A DNA stretch of 60,932 nucleotides, filler included. It is 8 parts of 8 records of this genome, joined end to end, with 100 filler letters (N's around TTAATTAATTAA, not from the genome) between each part and the next. Parts side by side here need not be neighbours in the genome. Positions count along the whole stretch, not along the records: positions 41,656 to 53,586 come from SRR31147125_107351; 7 more parts are not named here. The stretch is one strand, 5' to 3'. A program made the position numbers and the translations under genes. Shown one piece after another: positions 41,656 through 53,686 of this stretch. The first letter of the stretch is position 1; each line of letters starts with the position of its first letter. The notes under the pieces are model-generated. The model worked only from the letters and a program-made list of their open reading frames with translations. It was not told the DNA's origin and did no database searches.

Positions 41656-44600
41656 GCCGACTCTGATTACATGATCTGATGATTTCCCTTCATCTCCATA
41701 GATAGCTGAGTTACCATACGAGTACCCTAGCATCGCCCCAAACCTGATCTCCTGCGCAACAGCATAGTCAATCCCTGTGATCACACCAGAGTATCCAAAG
41801 TCATAACCGGCGGCATCCGCTGTATTACCCTGCTCACCAAATCCACCAAAGACCTTTGCAAAAGCTGCCCAACTCATATAAGCAGTAGCATCTGTATCGT
41901 TTCCATTTTCGATAGAATCAAATGACTCTTCGAGTTCACCGGCGGATGCAATCCCGATTGCAGCAGTCGCTCCTGTACCACTGATTGATTTTCCAAATGC
42001 CGAAGAGAGATTTCCATGCCTGAACGAGGTGAACTGATTTCTCATTGCAGAGTTGGATTGCTGCACTACGACTGTGGAAATATTGGCTGAGATGTTTGTT
42101 ACAGCAGTAGGTTGCGCCTGAGTCATCGCTATATCCATCTCCTTATCACTCAAGTTTACCATTGTATCAAAGAAAGCATCCATCTCGGCTGGATGATCAG
42201 CGAGGGATTCATCCAGTATCAGTGCAATCTGTTTATTCGCAGGTACAGGCTTTGCTGCCTTTTCAAACGGTGTTCCAAAGGCAGCAGTAACAAGCAGCTG
42301 ATTATTTGCCGCATCCAGATTATATGTATAATCCAACACTCGAGAGTTGTCGACCAGATCAATATTACCCTCAAGAAGATTTGAAAGTGTGCCTGCCTGA
42401 ATCATAGTGTAAGTAGTCTCACTCTGTCCGCCATTACCATTGATTGTTACAGTAGCTCCAGCAAAGTCAGCAATTCCTGTAACGTTGATCCCAGACGCAC
42501 CACTATCTTCAATTACAAGCGCCAGCGAGTCTCCCGCAGACACAGTCAGATTACTTCCGAAATTAAGATTACCACCACTGGCCTGGAGTGTCCCACCATT
42601 ACCACCAGTCGTAACTGCCCCAGAGATAGTTCCGAACCCATTCAGAGTTCCACCCGAAGCAATAGATCCAATCGCTCCACCAAACGTACCATTATTCAGA
42701 GTCATAGTACCAGCAATTGCCGCAGGCGCACCGGTATGAATATGTGTACCAGCGAGAGAATAATTGCTGCCAGAATTAATATTAAATGCTCCAGCAGTTG
42801 TTATCTTACTTCCAGTATTTACATTCAAAGTGCCGTTTAGATTGAGATCACCATTGAGGTTTAATGCACCAGCACCAGCCGAGTCATAGGCACTACTTAC
42901 AGTCATGGTCGAACCACTGACAATATTGAGTTCGCCAGAACCAGCAGCACTCATATCGAGGAAACCATTCGAACCGGAAACAGCAAATGTACCTCCGGCA
43001 ATATTCAACGCTCCGGTTCCAGTCTTGGTCAAAGCTCCAGCTATAGATGCATTCTCCGAGATAGTCACCCCTGTTCCCTCAAGTGCTCCCGCAACCCCGT
43101 CAGCCACACTGAGAGTCTTGAGAGTGACTGTACCACCTGCAACATTATTTGTAATCTTACCACCGTCAGCAAAGGTTAATGAATCAATAGAGGTCGCCCC
43201 TGTAGCCCCGGCATCAATCTGGAGTGTGCCACCAAGATCAATGTCAGCAAAAGTTTTATTACCTGCACCTCCAAGAGTAAGGTTTTCAGTAGCATCAATA
43301 GCAGTTGTATTTACAATCTTTACAGGTCCAGTACCATCAAGGGTTACTGTCCCGCTATTGATAGCCAGAGAGTCAAGAGTTGCCAGTCCTGTACCATTAT
43401 TTGTAAAGCTTGTACCATCCTGCATAAGTATCCCGGCATCAAAGTTCTTTGCTCCTGTACCGGTCAGTCTCAGGTTATTATCAAGAAGCACCTGATTTGT
43501 AATCGTAGTCAGACCAGCTCCACCGATAACAGCAGCAGCTGTAAGGTCGAGATCTGTAATTGTTGTTGAACTGTTATTTGTGAGTGTGCCACCAAGATCA
43601 AGATCTGCAAGCGTTTTTGTTCCTGTACCATCAAGAACCAACTCTGTTCCTGCAGCAGCGGTAGTAGTGCCATTTACATTTGTTGTACTGTCACCTTCAA
43701 GGTATGCTGTTGCACCTGGGTCGAGAGTTATATTATTAATCACAGCGTTACCAGAGCCATTACTGATAATTTTAGAACCATCCCCCAGCTCTGCAGTACC
43801 ATCAATTCGTTTCTCACCAGCCCCAGCCAATGTAAGATCTTTTCCATCAGTAATATCAACATTCTCAAAAGTCTTTGAACCACTTCCATCCAGTTTAAAG
43901 TCTTTAACAATACCTGTAGTCCCAGAGAATACTGTAGCCCCATTGTTTACTAGTTCGGCATCATCCGTGGTAAGAGCAAGTACCGAGGTATCAAAGACTC
44001 CACCAGTCTGGATATGCTTCCCTCCAAGATTATACACAGCAGCAGTAAAATCATACCCAGTACTTATCGTGCCATTGTTTGTCAGCGTTCCTGCAATATC
44101 CGTTACACTTCCTAGGGTAACTACCCCTGTACCATCAACTGTAACAGCTTCTCCACCAGCAACACTTAGAGAATAGATATTGTTTGTACCGGCGTTTGCA
44201 GTAAGTTTTCCACCGTCAGCTATAGCCACCCCACCGTTGAGGTTTCTCGTTCCTGCACCGTTTAGAATAAGAGTATTACCAATGTCTACATTATTGAGTA
44301 CCGTTACCGTTCCAGCCCCACCGACAGTAGCACTTGCACCACTAACACTGAGTGTAGTAAGAGTAAGTGTATTTGCTGACTGAGTATGTGTCCCAGCAAG
44401 GTTATAATTTGTAATAGCGCCATTGTACCCAGACGAGATCACCCCATTATTCTCCAGCGTAGTCCCTGCACCTGTAGTAAACGACGTTACAGTAGTTGTA
44501 CCACTTCCACTGATAATTCCGGTTTCACCAGCAGCTATTGTAATATTTGAAATAGTTGCACTTGCATTATTGGTAAGAGTTCTAGTATCCTCGATGGTGA

Positions 44601-47600
44601 GTCCACCATTAAAGAATGTATTCCCAGTGCCGTTTAGAGTAATTGCATTTACTCCAAGCGTCTGAGCATTGCTTATTGTTGTAGTACCAGTACCACTCAG
44701 GATAAGCCCAGCATTTCTATTTAAAGTAGTAACTCCTAGAGTAGAGTTATTAATAAGACTTCCAGATATAGTCAGAGTACCAGCAGCAAACTCACCCGCA
44801 CCTCCAAGAGTCAAAGTATCACCAGAAGTTATAGTAACCGAGGTCATGGTAAACTCCTCTGTCACATCAGTATTGGTTATTGTTGCATTCTCCGTCACCT
44901 GCAGGTCAGCTATTGTAGTCGCACCAGTACCATTATCAGTCAACGCCATACCAGCGGTATTCAGATTAACAACTCCAAATCCCTTTGCCCCGGCTCCATC
45001 AAGCGTAAGGTTGTTATCCAAGTCAAGAGCACCAGTAACTGATATCCCTTTAGAGCCTTCAAGTTTTGCATCCCCGTCAAGATCAAGCGTTGCCAGCGTC
45101 ATATCAGAAGCATTGTTGTTAAGAGTACCAGCAATCGTCAAGTTAGTTATAGTTTTACCACCACCAGACAGATTGAGTTTTCCACCAGCACCAATATCAC
45201 CATCAGTTACAGCAACACTCCCAACACCATCAAGATCTGCCTCGTCTCCATCACCGATATTCAAAGTTGTTATATTGGCAACTCCAGAACTGTTAGAAAC
45301 CGAAACAGCTTTACCATCATCAATACTCACTGTTCCAAAGTTCTTAGTACCAGTACCGGCAATTTCAAAATTATTATCAACATCAAGTGCATTGGTAATT
45401 CCAATCGTCCCACTACCACTGATTACCGAGTCCCCGGTAAGGTCAAGAGCGGCAATAGTATTTGTGCCAACACCGTTTACCTCCAAAGTACCAGCTAAAT
45501 TCATATCACCAGTACTCGAAAAATTCTCAGTACCGGAATGAGTATGCTTTCCAGAGATAGTATAAGTACCAGAATTTGTAAATGATCCAGAAGTAGTCAG
45601 GTTGACATTATCATTGACCATAATTCCAGTAGCATCAATAGTCATACTATCAGTAACAGAGGCAGCAGTTGTACCGGAGAGCGTACCATACTTGCCACCG
45701 TCAACCTTAAGCACCGCTATGTTAACAGACGTTGTATTGGTGGTATTTAGAATACCGCCAGCATTACTGGCACCATTGAGCTTGAGCTCTCCAGTCGCAG
45801 ACTCAGCAGTAAATGTCCCGCCAGTAAAGGTATGTGTCGCATTCAAGGTATAGGTATCCCCGTCAGCAACAACAAAGTCACCACCAGTCACAAGCGTAGC
45901 ATTATTTATCAGACTACCTCCGGACGAGGTATCAAGCCCATTAGTAAAGACAACCCCTGCAGAATTATTGAGCACAAGGTTATGATCAAGGTCTACCTGA
46001 TTTGAAACAGTAATCTGCTGATTACCGGCCAACCCGGCATTCCCATCAAGATCAAGAGTGCCTATCGTCATCGCAGCAGCATTGTTTGTCAGCGTACCTG
46101 CAGTTGTCAGGCTGTTAATTGATTTAGCGCCTCCCGATAGAGTCAGCGAACCAACATTTCCGATATCGACATTAGTCATACTCACGCCCCCAGCCCCATC
46201 AATCTCACCGGAGATATTATCACTAATATTGAGGTTGGTAATACTAGTCAGAGCAGTATTATCACTATCTGTTATTTTTTTAGAGTTGGTAGCCATATTT
46301 ACAGTACCGAAAGTTGTCGTCCCCTCGTTACTGACAATAAGATTATTGTCCAACTCAAGCGCATTCAGGTTGGAGCTTATCGCCCCAGTACCGGCTAGTT
46401 CACTGTCCCCGTCAAGATCAATTCCTTTTATAATCATACTGGTGGTATTATTAGTGATCTTCCCATCAAGGGTAGCCACACAGTTGATCATCTTCGTGCC
46501 AGCCCCGGATAATATCAGCTCACCATCAATATCTGCACTATCAGTAATCGTAATTCCACCGTCACCTGTAAGAGTACCAACATTTCCAGATTCCACAGTG
46601 AGGTGTTTGATACCGGTTATTGCGGTATCATCATTATCGGTAATCGTTTTATCTTCGGTGATATTTACCGTGCCATTGATATTGATACCCTTAGTTCCGC
46701 TGAGGGTAAGGTTGTGATCAAGGTTGAAGTCGTTGGTAATATTAATTCCCTGCCCAGACGCTGTTAGTGTAGAATTTCCAGTAAGATCAAGGGTAGCAAT
46801 TGTCAATGCCCCAGCGTTATTGGTTACTGTACCGGCAGAGTCAAGATTGCTGATCGTCTTTGTCGCAGTACCGCTGAGTATCAGGTTACTGCCGGTATTA
46901 AGGGTAGCGTTCGTGATAGTACCCATATTACCATCAGCCAGTGTTGTGCTTATGCCGTTTGCAACACTGTAGTTTGTATAGGTCTGTGAACTTCCCATAG
47001 TTACTGTTGTCTGATCAGTATTAATATTGATCGTTCCAATATTGCCTGCGGTAGCAAGCTGGTTGACACCAGTAGAGTTTACCGTAATTGCGCCAGAGGT
47101 TGCCCCAATTCCATTTGCAGTAAAGCTACCAGCACCTTGTGAGGTCAGACTTCCGGTATTAGAAGTGACAAAATCAACGCTATCAATTTTTGTAGTATTA
47201 TCATTACCTGCAGTCAGATTAATGCCATTATATAATACCACATTAGCAGTACCGCCTGTTGCAACAAGTGAAGAGTTCAACACTGAGTTAGCTGTCTGGG
47301 CAATAAAACTATTTGTTCCAGATCCGAAGTCAATATCACCCGTTGCAGTCCCGCCAGAGTTTGAGTAAATAATATCATCGCCGCCTGCAAGACTGATATT
47401 CCCAGTAAGGGTTGATCCTGACTCAAGGACGATGGTATTTGCTGTTCCATCACCGTTATAGCCGTTTGCACTAAAGTCTACAGCTGTATTTACAGCGACA
47501 TTCATATCATTTAACGTAGCAGTCCCAGTAACAGTAGTATCCTCGTTCAAATACAGATGCCCTGTCAAGTTACCCGCAAATCCAAGTATGTTTGTACCAG

Positions 47601-50600
47601 TAGAACCTACAGTAATATCCCCGCTTGTTGCCCCAATTCCATTGGCAGTAAAGTTCCCTGCTCCCTGTGTAGTCAAACTTCCAGTATTTGAAGTGGCAAA
47701 ATTAACACTATCAATTTTTGTTGGGTTTCCATTCCCTGCGGTCAGCTTAATACCATTATATAATACAATATTAGCCGTACCGCCTGTTGCAAAAAGTGAA
47801 GAATTCAATACCGAATCGGTTGTCTGAGCAATAAAACTATTTGTTCCTGTTCCAAAATTAATATCGCCTGTCGCTGTCCCACCAGAGTTTGAGTAAATAA
47901 TATCATCCCCGCCAGCAAGATTTATATCACCAGTAAGAGTTGCTCCCGCTTCAAGAACGATAGTATTTGCAGTATCATCACCTCTATAGCTATTTGCGCT
48001 AAAGCTTACAGCTTTATTTTCAGCAACATTCATATTATTCAGCGTAGCAGTACCGGTAACGGTTGTATTCTCATTGAGATAGATATGACCCGTATTATTA
48101 CCAGTGAAATTAAGGCTATTGGATGTAGTCGAGTTGACCACAATTTGCCCGCTTGATGCTCCGATAGCACTTGCTGAAACATTCCCAGAGCCATTCAATG
48201 ACAAGACACCTGAGACATTGATGGTTCCTGCAGCAGTGAAGTTTCCAGTACCTGAATGGGTGTGTGTACCAGAGAGATTATAGGTGCTCCCTGTAGCTAT
48301 ATTGACAACCCCATCTGTGGTTATTGCCTGGGTCACATTGAGTATTGCAGTCCCGTCAACTGGTGCGAGGGTATCATTTCCACCACTACCGTCAGGCACA
48401 ACTGCGCTATTGAATCCTGCAGCACCTACGTAAAGATCACTAAAAGTATTTGTAGCTCCACTCAGCGTAGTTGTACCGCCAGCCATATAGCCGTCCCACT
48501 TCCCGGTAGAACTGGATTCGATATTATCAGCCAGCGTAATACTGAACCCCGAGTCAATCGCCCCAAGGTTAACTTTCTTACTCACAGCATCCTTAGCATA
48601 CCCAAACGTAAGGTATGACGTAGCGTTATTATCCGAATCAGAATTAATTATTCCACCACTGAGGCTTGCTCCATCTAAAACATGATAGACATTGCTCTCT
48701 CCCGAACCACTACTACCAGAGCCTGAGAGTAGCGCATACGAACCAGTTCCCCCTGCAGTCAGACTTCCTGAAATATGCCCCGCAGTTGCACTTCCAGAAG
48801 TATTCAATGCATGGGCACCTGCACCAGTAGTCGCTATTGAGCCACCATCTTCAACAACAATAAGACTAGTATCACCAACAATTATACCATGCGATCCCGC
48901 ACCTGTTGTTCCACCAACATTTCCAGTCGAAATACTTCCAGACAGAGCGATTGTATTCTTACTGCCAGAAGAGATACCATGCGCATCATCACCAAGGGTA
49001 GTAATTGACCCGTCAATATCAAAGAGTCCATTTCCAGAAGCAGTAATCCCATCAGAATATTTCCCCTGAGTAGCTATCGAGCCAGTACTTGTTATCGTAT
49101 ACTCATTGTTAACCCCAGAGTTAACCCCAAACGCCCCATAGCTCGAATTGCTTGCAGTTCCTTCTGTTGTTAAAGCCCCAGCAATAGTTATACTTGCATT
49201 ATTATTAACTCTTATTGCGGTAGACATGTCCTCTGTTTGGCTCAAGCCAGTGGTCGAGACAGTAGCATTATTACTAACGACAATCGTATTGTCCGCCACC
49301 CCTCCAACATTACCAATAGTACCAGCATCACTGGAAGTACCAAAAGCCCGAATACCGTATGAATTATTTTCTGTAGTCTTCACCAACGCAACATTCGTCC
49401 CATCACCAACGGTAACAGTATTACCATTACTAGCCAAATATATACCATGAGCAGAAGCACCAGCAGTAGTAATACTCCCTTCAGCATTAACAGTATTACT
49501 ACTTGAATTCACATAAATCCCAACTGAACCCTCCGCACCGCTAGGTGTAACCCCATCATCCATAAGCCCTGTGGTAATCACACTACCAGATTTGAGTGTC
49601 AGTGTATTGCTGTCAGCTCCAAGATATACCGCATTAGCACTGCCCCCTTGAGTCTTGATGCTTGCTCCAGAGTACGCCGTGATTTCATTATGATGCCCTC
49701 TGTTATCAGCAGAAGTCCAGACCGCATCCGCATCCGTACCTTTGGTAAGTATACTCCCTTTAATATCCAAAAGGTTGTATGCATCCTGAAATGCAACCCC
49801 ATACCCATCAGAGCCTTCAGTAGTGATTGACCCATTGGTATTAATAAGCAGCTGGTTATTAGTATTAGAAATGTACCCAATTCCAGAAGCACCAGAAACA
49901 ACAACATCGCCATCAAGAGCTACAAAATTATTATTACCTGCAGCCAGTATAGCTCTAACATTACTTCCAGCAGTAGTAATTGTTGCTCCATCCCTGATAT
50001 CGATAACATTTGACGCACCAGAAACATTTATACCCTGATACGTACCACTCACTGTGCCATCACCAACCAGTCCTGCAGCAGCGTTTGTCGAGGCATTACC
50101 ACTTACTGATATACTATATGAAGTATTACCAACAGTTTTTATCTCACCTGTAGCTGCAACAACAACTTCGTTACCGACTCCATCCAGACGAATACCGCTA
50201 ACATCACTTACTCCTGTGGAATCTCCATTCTCATCAACCCCGGTAAGCACCTTGCCAGCCAGTTCTACCTTGGTATAAGCGTTCCCGTGCAAAGCATAAG
50301 ATCCCGTCCCCTGAGTTCTAACCGTAGCTCCGTTGCTAATGGTAATATCATCATGACTTCCCAAGTGTAACGCTTTACTTCCAGCACCTTCAGTTATAAC
50401 ATTGCCGCCTATCGTAACACTTGCATTATAACTCGGCTCGATAGCATGAGAGCCATCACCTGTAGTCTTTACTGTCGATCCAGCAGAAGTAGTAATAGTG
50501 TTAGATGCTCCTCCGACAATACCAGTTGTAGTCCCTCCCGGATCACCAGCATTTAAAGTAATAGCATTCACAGAAGCACCCGAAGTCGTAACCACACCAT

Positions 50601-51846
50601 TACCTGTGATATTAATTGTATTCCCAGTTCCACCTGCAACAATTGCTTTAGCGCTTGCTGTCCCTGAAACAGTCCCATCAATATTTGCAGTACTACCACC
50701 ATCACGAAGATATAAACTAATACTACCAGCAGTAGTTATAGACCCACCATCGTATACGTTTACAGTGTTACCTGTCTCTGACATATAGACAGAGACAAAG
50801 TTATCAGAATTAACAGTCCCATATATACTAACTGTATTATCAATAGCACCAGCTTCTGAAATAATTGCCGCAGCATTCCCAGTACCAGAACTGTTAACAA
50901 GTGTTCCACTGCCGACAGTAACAGAATTACTATTTCCTGCAATGTATACTCCTCTGCTGTTAGTCCCACTTGACCAGACACTAGCGCCCTCATACGCAGA
51001 ACCTCTATTTATAGTAAGGGTATTATTGCTTGTAAGCTTTATCGCATTTGAATTATCCGAACTAACTGAAACGACACCATGCCCAGTAGTCCCTCCAGTC
51101 AGGTTGACCGCCGCCCCATCAAGCAGGTTCAGAGCATTGACACCACTTGAACCAGCAAGAACAAACACATCACCGCTAATACTACTAGTACCTCCAACAA
51201 AAAAGTCTCTTGCATTCCTATTGGCAAATCCATTATCTGCCCCAACTTTTAGAGTCCCACTCTCTCCAATATTGAGACCGTTTGTAAAGGTTTTAGCACC
51301 AGTTCCTCCAACATAGGCATAATTATTCACATACATCTGATCATTAACAGTCGTCGTAGCAGTGCCAAACAGCGCAGAGTTATTTCCGGTTATCGATATA
51401 CTTGTAATGTCAGACGCAAGCTCAGCATTATTGTAAAAATTAGTATTCCCCTTAAACTCTATATTTGTAATACTGGTATTTATACCTTCATTAACAACCG
51501 TCGCTCCAATCTCATTGACCAATGTTCCAATCTTAAATGGCGAGCTATTCCCATCGTTAATTGTAACAGAAATGCTCCCATTAGTAATCAAACTCCCACT
51601 AGAAATATCTATCGCTTCGTTCATGGTAATAGAAACAGCATTCTGACCTGGGTCAGCATTTAGATTGAACTGAATATCATCACCAGTAGCCAAAACCCCT
51701 CTTGCGGTGTTAATTTCAGAGGCACTTCCAACCCAAGAGGTAGTAATGGCGACATCATTAGCCATACAGGTTTCAGCAGCAACCAACAAAAGCAATAATA
51801 AAACCACATAAATACTATTATTGCGACAGATATTATTATACTTCAT
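41656..51846 (-). CDS. Giant type Va autotransporter/adhesin, >3390 aa, beta-barrel truncated by the contig end
   Basis: Signal peptide from the ATG at 51846 (MKYNN...VVLLLLLLVAAETCMA) and a G/T/N/S-rich beta-helix-like passenger. The barrel starts WAAFAKVFGGFGEQ...GYDFGYSGVITGIDY...GAMLGYSY. Confidence 0.88.
47060..48175 (-). repeat. 528-bp (176-aa) tandem duplication inside the autotransporter passenger
   Basis: CCAGAGTTTGAGTAAATAATATCATC occurs at 47354 and 47882, and TGCCCCAATTCC at 47101 and 47629; both pairs are 528 nt apart. The protein repeat is LAGGDDIIYSNSGGTATGDI.FG.GTNSFIAQT. Confidence 0.9.
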
Positions 51847-52564
51847 ATTCAAAATAAATTTCCTGTTAAAATGCCCCATTTGCCTACAACTTATGCTTTC
51901 CCCACCAGTAAACATCATATTTATTATTGCCACACAAGACAACTTGCTTCCAATCCGCACTGAAGCCTACCATTTCAATACCAAAAGACAAAATAATATC
52001 AAAAAAACTTAAGACGATTTTGACATTATCAAAGTACTTTCTTACATTTCTACTCTTATTGCTGTAAACTACTAACGTATACAGTAATCATGTCCTATAA
52101 TTTAATGCAATATATATTAACTTTTAAATCCGAATCTGTCAATGTATTTATACACTATCTCAAAACAACATCTGTTATACCCTATGACAAAGCAACTTAC
52201 AAAGATAAAGACATCACCTGTATTCTTTTCTACTAAAGTATAAATCCCATATAACTAAGCCCTGTCAACCTTAACGTCCGATAATAACACAAACAATCTT
52301 AACAGTGCAAACCGAAGATACCAATATCGACGTCTTACAAGCACTTAGAAAGACTCTGTTCAAAAGAATACAAACAGGCACATGAGAAAACATAAGGCAG
52401 GTAGCCATTATTTACAGATCATTACTATTTAAATACAGTGAAAATATACTTACACAAGCACGCTATCACTTCAATAGTATTGAAAATTATTATGTTATAA
52501 CTAAAATCAGATTAAGTAAATTTCTCAGTTACATACACTCTTCACAAGAAGAAAAGGAAATTCA

Positions 52565-52936
52565 ATGGCAGGTTATACTATAGTTCTTGGAGCATCTCCA
52601 AAAGAAGACAGGTATTCAAACAAAGCAGTTGCACTGCTGCTCAGCAATAATATACCAGTTATTCCGATCCACCCCACGGCAAAGGAAATCCATGGCACTG
52701 CCTGCCTCCCAAGCCTAAGCGAGCTCACAGTTCCGGTAGAAACCATCACACTCTACGTCAATGCAAAACGATCTACAGTACTCATGCAAGAGATTATTGC
52801 CTGCGCTCCACTTAGGATTATCATGAATCCAGGCACAGAAAATCAGCTCCTTGAAGAAGAAGCAAAAAAAGCAGGTATTACAGTTCAGCATGCATGCACC
52901 CTTGTCCTGCTGAAGACCGACCAGTGGAGACTCTAA
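52565..52936 (+). CDS. CoA-binding protein (YccU-like)
   Basis: VLGASPKEDRYSNKA, VIPIHP, TITLYV, IIMNPGTEN and ACTLVLL; AAGGA RBS. Confidence 0.9.
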   Translation: MAGYTIVLGASPKEDRYSNKAVALLLSNNIPVIPIHPTAKEIHGTACLPSLSELTVPVETITLYVNAKRSTVLMQEIIACAPLRIIMNPGTENQLLEEEAKKAGITVQHACTLVLLKTDQWRL

Positions 52937-53024
52937 AGGAAGTATGAGCCAACGCCCCTCTTATCCACTAAACTTATCCTGAATTATATATTGCCATACT
53001 GGCTTTCAGACTATTATATTGACA

Positions 53025-53064
53025 GAGCAAGCAGATAGTAATTACCTGCTTGCTCCTTGTTTTT
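53025..53064 (+). terminator. Putative intrinsic terminator
   Basis: GAGCAAGCAG-N11-CTGCTTGCTC followed by CTTGTTTTT. Confidence 0.6.
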
Positions 53065-53216
53065 CTATTATTTGTTAGTATAATCCAGTTCACTCAGCAA
53101 CTACCATAATTAACTCTGATAAAGTCATCAAGCTTTGTCATCCGGCTAAAAATTACTGAGTGCAACATGATTATCGTTTAGTAACAAAGACAGACTTATT
53201 TAAAGATAGGAAAAAA

Positions 53217-53586
53217 ATGCAAATTTGGGTCGATGGGGACGCATGCCCTGTAGAAGCGAAGGGGATTCTTTACTCAGCCGCAATACGTTGCAATGTGCCG
53301 TTGATAATTGTAGCAAATTCCTACTTATCAATTCCTGAGAATACACTTATTACATTCAAATTAGTTACAGCAGGAGCAGATGTTGCCGACGACTACATTG
53401 CGGAGAATGTTAAAGATGGGGATTTGGTTATTACAGCAGACATTCCTTTAGCCGCCAGAATTGTTGAGAAAGGTGCTGTCGCACTTGAGCCACGTGGAGA
53501 ATTACTGACAGAGGAAAATGTTGAAAGTAAATTATCGATGCGGGATTTCATGACTGAATTACGTATGGTAGGCGTCGATACCGGAG
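53217..53586 (+). CDS. YaiI/YqxD (UPF0178) family protein (3'-truncated)
   Basis: MQIWVDGDACP, ADVADDYI, GDLVITADIPLA and LSMRDFM..LR. Confidence 0.92.
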
Positions 53587-53686
53587 NNNNNNNNNNNNNN
53601 NNNNNNNNNNNNNNNNNNNNNNNNNNNNNNTTAATTAATTAANNNNNNNNNNNNNNNNNNNNNNNNNNNNNNNNNNNNNNNNNNNN
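53587..53686. other. Artificial contig-joining spacer
   Basis: Same 100-nt linker. Confidence 0.99.

Noticed and set aside
42112-51316. Many plus-strand ORFs opposite the autotransporter
   Set aside because: They are Pro/Val/Leu-rich antisense products of Gly/Thr/Asn codon bias.
5929-51846. The giant 41656-51846 protein as the LapA substrate of the Lap T1SS
   Set aside because: It is on a different contig with different composition, and it has a Sec signal and an autotransporter barrel rather than RTX/T1SS features.
5829-53686. Seven recurring TTAATTAATTAA motifs in N-runs, as a biological repeat or CRISPR-like array
   Set aside because: They are identical 100-nt artificial linkers with stops in all frames, and gene content and base composition change abruptly across them.
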